In this document: one piece after another, positions 52,781-64,000 of the stretch
Layout of the letters: each line of letters starts with the position of its first letter
Position numbering within the stretch: position 1 is the first letter of the stretch
Assembly (NCBI GenBank): GCA_000388065.2
Contig: KB932202.1
Direction: 5' to 3' (one strand)
Source of the DNA: Fonticula alba ATCC 38817
Lineage: Eukaryota > Protista > Nucleariida
DNA length: 64,000 bases
The notes under the pieces: generated by a model
Database searches by the model: none
What the model was told of the DNA's origin: nothing
The model's input: the letters and a program-made list of their open reading frames with translations, nothing else
Made by a program: the position numbers and the translations under genes

Positions 52781-55700
52781 ATGACCGAGCCCGCCGTCCC
52801 CCGCACGGCTGACTTCGGTTCCTCGACCGAGCCCGACTCACTGATGGGTAGCCCGGAGCTGGCAGACGACCAACCGGTCGGGGGCCCGCCCGCGGTGCGT
52901 CCTGCTTGCCTCCCCCCCCCCCCCCCCCCGCACGTGCCACTGACTCTGACCCATCTGACGCACACACAGACCCCCGGGCAGGATGCGACGCCGGCCAAGC
53001 TGCGCGAGCTGACCCTCGCCTACAACAAGCTGCGGGTATGCCCACGAGCACTACTTTTCCGGCCCCCCCCCCCCCCCCCCCCCCCCCGCCTCTGTCCCTC
53101 TCCCTGGCTGCTTCCTTCCCGGCCTAGCTGTTGCTCCGCCCTCTGACTGCTGCCTGCTCGCCGGCCCGCCCGATGCGCGCCTCCATCATCGCTGAACGTC
53201 GACAGCGTAAGGCCCAATCCAAGATCGACCAACAGAAGGAAACCATTGATGAGCTCCAGCGCCAGGTGGACCAGGTGTGTTGGCTTCGCCGGCTTTCTTT
53301 GCTGACCCAGGGACGGGTACTGACTCGGCGCAGTTCTCCTCGGGGTCCCCGGGTGCCGGTGTTGTGGCCGACCTGACCGAGCGCCTGGCTCGGCTGGAGT
53401 CCGAGCGTGAGAAGCTCACCCAGAAGAATGACAGTTTGCAGAAGATGATCGGTGCGGCCGTCTGTGTGCTTTTTTCCCCTCCCACTTGGCCCTTCAGGCG
53501 CATGGCGCGGCCCCTTGCGCGGCTCCTTGCCAGCCGGAGCGCTGACCCTCGCGTTTCTCCTCCGGTTCCTCCGCCCCCCCCCCTCCCCCCCCGGGCCCGG
53601 CAGATTCATCAAGTGACCTTTTTGCGGCCAAGCTGGCCGAGACCGAGTCCATGCTCAATATGTCGACCAGCAAGAATGCCATCCTGGAGGTTCGTCCGTG
53701 CCTCCGCCATGCCTGCTTGCTCCCTCCCTCTGCCAGTCCCCCTCACGCCCAGATCACATCCATCTGTCCTGTTGCGCCTCGCTCCTCGCCGGTCAGAATG
53801 ACCTCCGGTCCTTACGCGAGCAGCTTGAGGGCCGGCCGGGAGGCCCCGCCGCCGACACAGCCACCGGTGCCCCACTTGACGCGCAGGCCTTGCTTGCCTT
53901 GGTGCCGGAGCTGAGCGCGCATTTGCCTGTGGCTGCTTCCACCGACGCGGCCACGCGCCCGGCCAATCCCTTCCCCTCGGCCTCCGGCTGGGATGACGAT
54001 GCGGACTTCCTCGACGAGAGTGCCTTCCTGTCGGATGGCGACACGACTGCCATGCCCCTCACTGCTGACACTGGTGGGTCTTCCCTTTGCCCTGTCTCTC
54101 CGCCCCCGGCTTCAGGCTCGTCCCGATGCCCCCCCCTCCTCCCCCTCCCCCTCCCTGTCGCATTTGCCGTCACTAACACCCTGGGCCGTGTGTCTTTCTT
54201 GTGGGCGGCGCGCACCACTCGTCTGACGTCGCACCAGTTGCCTCGGCCATTCGGAAGCTGCTCGCTGAGCCGGGCCCTGCATCTGCTCCCGGCGCGGAGG
54301 TATGCTCCGTCCTCTTTGCCCCCCCCCCCCCCCCCCTCGCACCAGTTGCCTCGGCCATTCGGAAGCTGCTCGCTGAGCCGGGCCCTGCATCTGCTCCCGG
54401 CGCGGAGGTATGCTCCGTCCTCTTTCCCGTTTGCAGTCTCCAGTCCTCGTGCTTTTCCCATCTCCCTGGATCCCTCTCTCCAGGCCACCTGCCCAACATG
54501 CTTCCAAATGTGCCCCCTGTCTTACGCCTGCTCGCCCTTCCATCAACGCTCACACACACACACACACACGATATCATCCCGCATTTCCCAGGTTGGTGAT
54601 CTGCAGGCTGAGGTGAGCCGGCTGCGGCAGCAGCTGGCCGCCCTGGCGGACCCCCTCGGCCTGGCCCCCGAGGATCCGGGCCTGGCGGACGCCGCGGCCC
54701 GGCGTCTGCGCGACCATGGGCGTCTTTCCGACCTGGTGGGCCAGCTGGAGGAGCGCGTCCATGAGCTGGAGGAAGAGGCCGCCAGCGGCCAGCCGCAGTC
54801 CCATGCATCGCCCCTGCTGGCACTGGTGGAGCAGGCCTCCTCCTCCGGCCAGGAGGTGGATGCCCTGCGTGCGCAGGTTGCTGCTCTGGAGCGCGAGTTG
54901 GCTGCCGCGCGTGATGCCACGCAGGCCGAACTCGACGCCGCAACTCGCGGCTTGGCCGATGCGCGGGCCAGCTCGGAGGCCACGCAGGCCGAGCTGGCCG
55001 CCGTCCAGGCCGAGCTGGCCACCGCACAGGCCGAGCTGGCGTCGGTGCGTTCTTCCGCCGAGGCCGGCCAGTCGGACTTGGCTCAGCAGCTCAGCGAGGC
55101 TCGGTCGGCCGCGGAGAGTGCCCAGCTCGAACTGGCCGCCGCTCGCGCGTCCACCGAGGCCGGCCACACGGCGTTGGCCCAGACGCTGGCCACCACGCAG
55201 GCCGAGCTGGCCAGCGCCCGCGCCGATGTCGACGCCTCGCGTGCCGAGCTGGCCGCCGCCAAGTCCTCGATCGAGGAAAGCCAGGCGGACCTGGTCCGGC
55301 AGCTGGATGCCGCCCGGTCGGAGCTGGCGCAAGTTCGCCAATCGGCCGAGGCCGGCCACTCGGATCTGGCTCAGCGGCTGGCCGGCATGCAGGACGAATT
55401 GTCCACCGCGCAAGTCGAGCTGGCCGGTGCCCAGGCCGAGTTGGCGGACGCTCGCGCCGTCGCCGCCACGACGCACACCGAGCTGGCTGCCGCCCACTCC
55501 TCGGCCGATGTCGCTCGGGCGGAGCTTGCCCAGGCGTTGGCCGCCGCCCAGGCGGAGCTGGCCAGTGCGCAGGCCGAGCTGGCCGAGGCGCGCGCCTCGG
55601 CCGAGTCCGGCCAGGCGGCGCTGGCTCAGCAGCTGGCCACCGCGCAGGCCGAGCTGGCCGCCGCACGCACTGCCACCGAGTCCGGCCAGTCGGAGCTGGC

Positions 55701-58316
55701 TCAGCAGCTGGCCACCGCGCAGGATGAGCTGGCCACCGTGCAGATTGAGCTGGCCAGCTCGCAGGCCGAGTTGGCCGATGCTCGTTCCGCCGCCGAGACG
55801 GCACAGAGTGAGCTGGCCGGTGCCCGTGCTTCCATCGAGTCCGGCCATTCGGAGATGGGCCAAAGCCTGGCCTCTCTGCAGGATGAGCTGGCCGCCGCGC
55901 AAATTGAGCTGGCCAGCGCGCAGGCCGAGCTGGCTGATGCTCGGGCCGCCTCCGCCGCGGCTCAGGCCGCCGCGGCTCAGGAGTTGGCTGCTGCCCGGTC
56001 GGAGCTGGCCGCGGCCCATGCTGCCGGCGAATCCGGCCAGTCTGAGCTGGCCCAAAGTCTGGCCGCCATGCAGGACAGCCTGAGCAACACGCAGATTGAG
56101 CTGGCCGGTGCGCAGGCCGAGCTGGCGGATGCTCGCGCGGCGATGCAGGTCGCTCGGGACGAGCTGGCCGAGGCCCGTGCCTCGCAGGACTCCACCCGGG
56201 GCGCCCTCGATGGTCTGGCCTCCCGGGAGGCGGAGCTGGCCAGCGTGCGCGCCGAGCTGGCGGCCGCCCGTGCCGAGGCGGAGATCGCCCAGGCGGAGCT
56301 GGCCGCCGCACGCACCGCCACCGAGTCCGGCCAGTCGGAGCTGGCTCAGCAGCTGGCCACCGCGCAGGGTGAGCTGGCCGGCGTCCGGGCCGAGCTGGCC
56401 GATGCCCGCGCCTCTGCCGATGCGGCTCAGGCGGCCATTTCCCAGCAGCTGGATGCTGCTCGGTCGGAGCTGGCCGCCCTGCAGTCATCCGCGAAGCTTG
56501 AGCAGACGCAGCTAGCCGAGCAGCTGGCGGCCGCCCAGTCGGAGCTGCTTGCCGCCCGCGCGGCCGGCGAGTCCGACCAATCGGAGCTCGGCCGGCAGCT
56601 GGCGGATGCCCGATCCGAATTGGAGCAAGCCCGCGCCTCGATCGCGGCAGCACAGGCCGAGCACGAGGCGCTGCTTCGGCAGCTGGACACGCAGCAGGCC
56701 TCGGTCCAGGAGTCCCAGACCCAGCTGGCCGCGTTGCAGGCCGAGCTGGCCGGCCGTGCTGACGCGCATGCAGCCCTCGAGGCCGAGGTGGTGCACCTTC
56801 GCCAGACGGTCCCGGCTCTGGAGGCGGCGGCCGCCGGCCATGCGGCCCAGCTGGCCGCCCTGGCGCAGGAGCGGGATGACGCTGTGGCCGCACACGCCGC
56901 CCAACTGGCGGCCCTGGTGCAGGAGCGGGATGGTGCCGCCGCCGAGCGGGATCTCCTCCTGACCCAGCTGTCCTCCTCGGCACTGCACGAGTCGGATGTG
57001 GTGCAGGAGCTCCGCGCATCGGTTGATGCCCTCACCGTGCAGGCCCAACAGGCTGCCGGTCAGCTTGCCGAGACCCAGGTAACGCCCGCATGCGCCCCTC
57101 TTCCCGGTGGGGCTTCTGCTGCCTTCCTTCCTGTGGGGGTTTTCCCTTCTCGCTCGCTAACCCGCCCACCCATGCTGTCCGAGGACAGGCGGCCCTCGCG
57201 AGCGCCACCACCCAGGCGGCTGATCTGTCGGCACGCTTGAGCGCCGCCGAGCAGGAGCGCGACCAGCACCTGACCCAGCTCCGCGAGCTGACGTCGACCC
57301 AGCAGGCGGCCTCCTCTGAGCGCGAGACCCAGCTGGCGGCGGGCCTGGCCGCGGCCGAAGCCCGGGTCAATGAGGCCGAACAGGCTCTGGCCGAGCTGCG
57401 CCTGGCCCACCAGAGGTATGTTCCAATGTGCATGGATCTCCCGTGCGCGTGCGTGCGCTCCCTGTCTCGATGCAGATGCATGGTCAGACATGCACACACG
57501 CACGCGCACGCACGCGCACGCACGCGCACGCATGCACGCACGCGCGCACACACACGCGCACACGCACACACACCAGATCAGGGCCTCGCCTGGTGGGATT
57601 CAGTGACTGACCTTGCCATATGGCTTCCCCTCAGCGAGGTGTCTTCCATTCGTGGGGATTCGGCCGCCCAGCTGAGCGAGGTTCTCCAAACGCAGGACCA
57701 ATTCCAGGCGCAGATGGTCAGCCGTGTGGCCGAGCTGCAGCAAGCTCTCGAGAGCGCCGAGACCCGGCTCTCCCAGCAGCAGGCCCTCTTGCATGAGGCC
57801 GAGCGTGCACGCGATCAGCTGCGCTCCAACCTGTCGGACCAGGCGGCCGCCGAGGCGCGCCTCCAGGCGGACATCACCCGCGAGCGGGACCGCGCGCTGT
57901 CCCTGCAAACGGAGCTCGCCTCGGCCCGGGATCATGCTTCGGGCTTGGAGGCGCAGCTGAACGCCACCAATGGCCAGTTGCAGACGCTGGCGGCGCAAGT
58001 CCCGGCGGTCTCCGGCTCGGCGGTGGCCTCCGCCGGGGCGGACGCCTCTGCGGCCGGGGCGGCCACGGCCGCCAGTGCCGACGAGGTGGCTCGGCTGACG
58101 CAGGCCCTGGGCGACCTGCGCGCGGGGCACCAGCAGGAGCTGGCGGGCATCCGGACACAGGTGCTGGCCGAGAGCCAGCGAACTGCGCAGGCCGAGCTCC
58201 AGCGTGCCCGGGCCGAGTGGCTCGCCAAGTTGGAGGTCCTGCAGCAGGAGAATGAGCAGCTCCGTGTCAAAAATCGCGAAGCCCAGCAAAAGATCCTGGA
58301 CCTCGGCCACCACCAT

Positions 58317-58362
<46 letters not shown>

Positions 58363-58968
58363 CTGCCGGAAAGGGCGGGCTGGACTTCCTGGCCGGCGGC
58401 CCCGGGCCCGGGGCCGCCTTCAACGGGGGTGGCATCTATGGCTTGTCAGATCCGCATGCGTTGGCCGGGGGCCAGTCGCAAGTGCAGCAGCTTGGCCTGC
58501 CGGCGCCGGGCCCGGCCGTCGGGGCTGGTCCCTACGGCGGGCGGGAGGCCATTCCCATGGACACCGTGCCGGGCGACCTGCCGCCAAGTGTGGTCTCCGC
58601 GGCCGCCTCCTCCTCGGCCTTCGAGAAATCCACCGCCGGCGAGCTGGCCCCGGTCACCTTCTTCTCGTCGCTGGAAACCGACCGGCTTCTGGGCGGCAGC
58701 CGCTTTGGCTCTGGGCTCGGGCCCGACTCTGGCGACCTGCCGGAGTACCGGACCACCGGGTCGACCGGGGCCTCGGGGGCTTCTCGTGCGAGTGACTCCC
58801 TCCCTCGGCGGGCTCTTTCCCGCGCCCGTGTCGAGGTTCTGCACGTGGCCCGTGCGCTTATCCTTCTGCTTGACCGGTGGAGGTGCGTGCCCATCTTCTC
58901 TCCCCTTCACTCGGATCCGTCCCCCCTTGCACACAAGCATCTGACTTTCTCCCCGGTCGCTCATTTCT

Positions 58969-59050
<82 letters not shown>

Positions 59051-59060
59051 NNNNNNNNNN

Positions 59061-59138
<78 letters not shown>

Positions 59139-59257
59139 GCAGTGCCAAGACGGCCCTGCACATCAAGCGCAATGGCAATGCCCGCCTGGTGGCCTTCGTC
59201 TATGTGGTCTTCATCCACATCCTTTGGATCATGTCCGCCCTGCTCGGCATGTTCTAG
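52781..59257 (+). CDS. Tail-anchored golgin, golgin-84 (GOLGA5)-like, with a very long repetitive coiled coil
   Basis: Over 1000 aa of coiled coil. Splicing 58883-59142 yields LDRWSAKTALHIKRNGNARLVAFVYVVFIHILWIMSALLGMF*, with the D..S...R....AR....Y...[LI]H..W transmembrane signature of the golgin-84/CASP family. The N-terminus is not CASP-like. Confidence 0.8.
54229..54425 (+). repeat. Tandem duplication containing a complete 62-nt exon (54238-54299 and 54346-54407)
   Basis: Two identical copies of about 89 bp, 108 bp apart, each with a CACCAG acceptor and GTATGC donor, separated by a poly-C run. Confidence 0.85.
54950..56700 (+). repeat. Imperfect coding tandem repeats (heptad plus 11-residue modules such as AESGQSELAQQ, LATAQAE, LAAARAS)
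   Basis: Recurrent motifs visible in both protein and DNA; 55651-55723 and 56296-56368 match at 72 of 73 nt. Confidence 0.9.
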
Positions 59258-60139
59258 GTGTAAGAGCCGGCGGCGCCCAAGAATACCGGGCAGGTGCGAC
59301 CGCCCCTCCCCTTCCTGGGCGGCCCCCCCAGACATTGGGTCGCCCTGCTCGGCGCGCCTCAGCCCCATCCATTTTGAAGGGCAATCCAATACACATCCGC
59401 ATCCTCATACACACACACACACACACACAAGCACAAGCACACGCACACACGTTTTCGCCCCCGCCGAATGGTCAATTTAGCACTCGGCTGGCCGCAGATT
59501 GTGGTGTAAGTGCCACCGCAAACGGATGCCGGTCCGGTGATCGCCCCCCCCCCCCCCCCCCCCCCGGAGCACCGGTCACGCCGTCAAACCGATTTTCGGG
59601 CATGGAACCACCCCTTCCTCGGGCCGCTGGGCCTTGGGGGATATGTGCCAGGGGGGACGGGCGGGGGGATGCCCGCCCCCCAGGGGCCGCCCCGTCATGC
59701 TGCAAGGCCCCACACATGGGAATGATCTGCCCAGGGCTGGGTTCTCGCGAGAGACCCACGCACATCAGCCAGCCCCAGGGCACGGCCCTCAGAGTCCCCC
59801 GCCCTGCCCCGGCAGGGGCTGGTCCCGTTCCTCCTCCCCGCCCCCACCCCCCGGTCGAAGGTGCCCACCTTTTGGGCTTTAATTGGGTGGTGCTCCGGAT
59901 CCCCTGCCCCCCTCGCCCCGGGCTTCCAGCCCTGAGAAAGGACTGAAGACCCCCTGTGCTCGAGAGCCGGCTGCCCTGCACCTTGCTCCACCCAGCCCCA
60001 TCCCATCGACCCTGCCTCGCTCCCTCTCTCCCTCCATTCCGCCTCCCTGCGACCTGTGCCAGCTCGACCCCTCGCCTCTTTTGACCCCCGGCACCGGCTC
60101 CTCTCTCGGGCTCTGTGCACCTTTCGGCCCCTCCGCACG

Positions 60140-63100
60140 ATGTTTCACCCCAGCTACGCCCCGCCGGTTCCGCTGGACTTGGAATCGGGCGCCGAGCGCA
60201 AGTCGGCTCCGGCCGGCACCGTCCTGCCGTCCCTCGCTGGGCGCCTGCCGCCGGAGTTCTTCGAGCGCCAGCACTTCACCGACGAGCAGAAGCTCCTGTG
60301 GGACGAGCTTGTCGACATTGTCGAGCAGATGTTCACCCTGCCCAAGATCCCCCCTCGGCTGACTGGGCGTCTGCACCAAATCGTCTTCCGCATCACCGGC
60401 ATCTTTGACCTGGATCGCTTGCAAACCAACGTCCGCGAGCGCCAGGCCTCCCTGCGGTTCATGGTTCTCTGCCTGGTGGAGACGCACCTGAAGAAGATCC
60501 TGGCCCAGCTGGAGGCGGCCCCGGATGCGGATCTCCTGCAGGAGCTGACGCGCTCCTGGACCCAACTTCTGTCGATCCTTTCCTCGCTGGGCTTCGCCAT
60601 GGCGCCGGTGCACGATGTCATCTCCCCGAGCCGGCTGTACCGGATCAACTTCATCTTCAACGTGCGTGAGCATCGCGCTCCCCTCTCTCCCCTCCCCCCC
60701 TGCGCCGCTGTATTTCGTCTCCCCTTTTCAGCATGACCCGTCGGCCTGACGCGCGCGTCCCCTGGCATGGCCGTCCCCATGCACGTACCCGCCCATGGCA
60801 GGATACAATCACCACGCTGAAACTCCTTCTTCCGCCGGCGCTCTTGGACCGGATCTCCAACCGCATTCTGCTGGAGCTGATTGATGTTCGCCATAAGAAT
60901 GAGCCCTTTGACTTTAATCACTTCTCCCTGATGGTGGATTTCCTGCGTACGCTGCTGCCCGGCAACCGGCCCCTATTCATCTCTCCCCCCTGTGGGCTTC
61001 CTCTCACATTGATGGCCGTCTCCCTGCTCGGGTCTTGACATTGCCCCGGCACCGCCGCCCTGGCCCTTTCTCCTTCTCCACCCTCCTCGACATCACCAGG
61101 GATACTGGACAAGCATTCGACGGACATCGAGGACCGGGACATTCTGCCCCTGCCAGCGCCGCCATCCCGGTCGCCCCTGCGCGCGCGGCTCTTTGAGGAG
61201 CACTTCCTTTCCACCACGTCGGCCTACCTGAAGGAGCAGCATTCGCTGATCTGCTCGGCCGAGCCATCGGTCTACTTCTCCAAGGTATGCCCGAGCCAGT
61301 GGCATGTCGCATTGGCCGCTGCTGCTGCCGCTGCTGCTGCCGCCGCTGCTGCTGCTGCTACCGCCGCCGCCACCGCCAGGTCCCGGCTTGCTGCCCCTCT
61401 CGGCTTCCCTCCCTGCCTCCCGGTCAAATAACCCATGCCACCCGCCCACCCATCCACACACATACGCACATGCGCAACACACTCGGCCCAGGTGCTGGAA
61501 ATCTTCCGCAAGGAGGAGGAGAAGTTCATTCTCCTCATGCCGGAGACCATCAAGGACCTTGAGTGGATGGTCATCAACATTTTCTTCCCCAACATGCAGC
61601 AGATGCTGGACTTCCTGTTCGACACCCTGTGTCGGGTGGGCCCCTGCAATGGTTCGCCTCCATCTTGAGCCTGTCCCCCCTCCGCCCCTCCTTCTTCAAC
61701 CTGTTGCTGGGCCAGCTTTTCCCATCCAGCCTTGCCTGTCCACCTTTTGCTCGCGCTTACGCCATCCCTCCGCCCCCTCGCCCGGAATCCCGCCAATTCA
61801 GATGCGGTTACCCTGATTCGCCTGCTGGCCTTCCAGCCGGAGTCCGAAGAGCCGACCAAGCAGCGTGTCGAGGCGTGGATGCACCAGCTTTGCGTGAAGA
61901 CCTGCACTCCTTTTGTGGACAACTTCGCCGCCGTCCGGAGGGTGCGCCGGGGTGTCCCCGAACTCCGGAGAAAAAAAAACACACCGCGCACATCTGTTCG
62001 CCTTGGCTAATCCCAACTGCTGCCCTTGTGCTGCCCCCTCCGGCCTCCTGCCCCTCATCGCAGGATCCCCAAGAACTCCTCATTGCCATGTATGATGTGT
62101 ATCAGGGCGCGACCAGCGGCATGAATAGCGTCCCGATTGAGGAGATCAAAATCGCCGTGCCCAAGACCTTCGGGCATTTCATCAACGAGGTGGCTTTCTC
62201 CCCGAGGGGGCTATTTTCCCAGAGTCCCGATTGCTCATTCGCCATCCTGGTGGCTGTGGCGCTGGACCGGTACATTCGGACGTGCGTGCAGCGGGGCTTT
62301 TCCTCCTCCTCCTCCTCCTCCTCCTCCTTTTTCATCGCGCCCCTCCTCGCTCCGGGCCGCATTCCAACTCACCATTTGGCCCTCGTTGGATGTCTGTGTA
62401 TGCCCATATGCACGCGTCCAGCTTCCCGACAGGCTCGCCATTGCCGCCTGAGCATCTCAATAATGGTGATCCGCTCTCCAAGCAGGTACACGCATCTTCA
62501 CTCACCACCAATGCCGCACACACACACACACACANNNNNNNNNNNNNNNNNNNNNNNNNNNNNNNNNNNNNNNNNNNNNNNNNNNNNNNNNNNNNNNNNN
62601 NNNNNNNNNNNNNNNNNNNNNNNNNNNNNNNNNNNNNNNNNNNNNNNNNNNNNNNNNNNNNNNNNNNNNNNNNNNNNNNNNNNNNNNNNNNNNNNNNNNN
62701 NNNNNNNNNNNNNNNNNNNNNNNNNNNNNNNNNNNNNNNNNNNNNNNNNNNNNNNNNNNNNNNNNNNNNNNNNNNNNNNNNNNNNNNNNNNNNNNNNNNN
62801 NNNNNNNNNNNNNNNNNNNNNNNNNNNNNNNNNNNNNNNNNNNNNNNNNNNNNNCACACACACACACACACACACACGCGTGCGCGGGCGCGCGTGGCTG
62901 CATCGGCCCCCTCGATCTTTCTCGGGGATGGAGGGAGGCGGAGGCTCGGTTCGGGGACTCCCCCCGAGTGCTGATGTGGAGGGGGGCCGGCTGTGGGCAG
63001 ACCTCGGCTCCATCGGATACCCCCCCCTTTCACTCTTCCTCCCCTCCCCCCTCCCGCCACCGGCTGCATCCCTCACCCCTCTTCCATACCCTGCCCCTCC

Positions 63101-64000
63101 GCGCCCCCTCTCTCTCCCCCATCCCACCTGGACGCGGCCCCTCCTGAGCGGATCCACACCCCCCCCCAATCCCCCGTTTCATCCACCATGACTCAACAGA
63201 AGAACCCGAACGAGATCGGTAATAAGATCAAGCGCCAGCAGGTATACCGCCTGCAGAAGGCCGAGCGCAAGAAGGCAAAGGAGGAGAAGCGCAAGCGCTC
63301 CCGCGAGGAGGCTGCCGAGCTGGGTGAGAACGTACGCACACATCTCCGTATCCTGGCCTCCCTGAGCCTCTTCACACACACATGCACATGCACATGCACT
63401 CCTCCATGCTGGCCGGACACTCTTGGTGGTGTCACCTTCTGCACATGCCTTTCCGATGACTTTCCTGACACCCATCACTCCCCCCCCACTTCAGGCTGGA
63501 GTACCACCGCCGCCTAGCACATCGGCTGATCGGCTGCTCCCCGGTCAATATTGACCTTGAATCCCGGCTGCTAGACATCCTTCAGGTACTCGGGCGTCTG
63601 CCATGAGCGCCCCCTTGTGCTTTGCCCTCGGCTCGTGCTCTTTCTCCTCCTCCCCTTTCGCCACATTCCCCGCTGACATCTTTCCTGTCGCCTTTGTGAA
63701 AGACCACCATTGGCACGGACTTCATCTCCGATATGAAGCGCCTGCTCAGTGACATGATTGAGCGCTCGTCCAAGGCCCAGGAGACCTTCCTGGAGGCCTA
63801 CCAAGACGACTCAACTGAAGTTGGCCAGCTTCTCCGTCGCAGTGCGTCACATCTCGCCTGGGTGGTGCTTCCCCCCCCCCCCCTCCCGCCCCGTGCCCCC
63901 CTCTTCCCGGTACCAATCCCGCCTTTTTGGCTGGCCTTCCCCCCCCCCCCCCCCCCCCCCCGCAGTCGAGTTGAAGGTTTCCGTCATCAGCATGCATGTC
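60140..64000 (+). CDS. Divergent cullin-family protein, multi-exon, runs off the window end
   Basis: Cullin-repeat block LFEEHFLSTTSAYLKEQ...YFSKVLEIFRKEEEK, then LVAVALDRYIR, then LEYHRRLAHRLIGCSPVNIDLESRLLDILQ (cf. KFYAKMLAKRL...D.E..MISKLKQ), GTDFISDMKRLLSDM (cf. GFEYTSKLQRMFQDI) and VELKVSVIS. Confidence 0.82.
63188..63331 (+). other. RPF1: Isolated first exon of an RPF1-like (Brix-domain ribosome biogenesis) gene lying within the cullin locus
   Basis: CCACCATG start; MTQQKNPNEIGNKIKRQQVYRLQKAERKKAKEEKRKRSREEAAELGEN resembles the RPF1 N-terminus; GTACGC donor at 63332. No Brix-domain exons follow within the window. Confidence 0.65.

Overview
GC-rich, intron-rich eukaryotic draft scaffold with many N gaps (largest about 8133-8417, 9027-9910, 35252-35698, 38872-39619, 62535-62854) and dense microsatellites. 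Gene content and intron style point to a unicellular opisthokont such as Fonticula alba; this is inference, not verified. No CRISPR array, rRNA or recognisable transposon. I reconstructed gene models by eye from GT-AG junctions that restore family-typical protein sequence: the 3' end of a membrane protein, tRNA-Ala(AGC), a TALE homeobox factor behind a ~7 kb gene-free region, NCS-1/frequenin, TXNDC9/PhLP3, a class I sirtuin, PBDC1, a low-complexity orphan, SUB1/PC4, AP5B1, an NT-C2 coiled-coil protein, an SLC35F3/4-like transporter with an apparent 1-nt frameshift, a possible mitoribosomal mS23, FAM91A1, a golgin-84-like tail-anchored golgin, and a divergent cullin with an RPF1-like first exon inside it. 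Family assignments come from recalled sequence similarity; no database search was run. Most interesting observations: a non-standard 5' splice consensus (GTRCGY, +4 C), the TALE gene with a large upstream region carrying TGACAG sites, a candidate 3'-end motif CCAATANAC, sense-strand-polarised intronic CA/CT repeats, an enlarged NCS-1, and the RPF1 exon nested in the cullin. Several oddities sit next to gaps or homopolymers and may be assembly artefacts.
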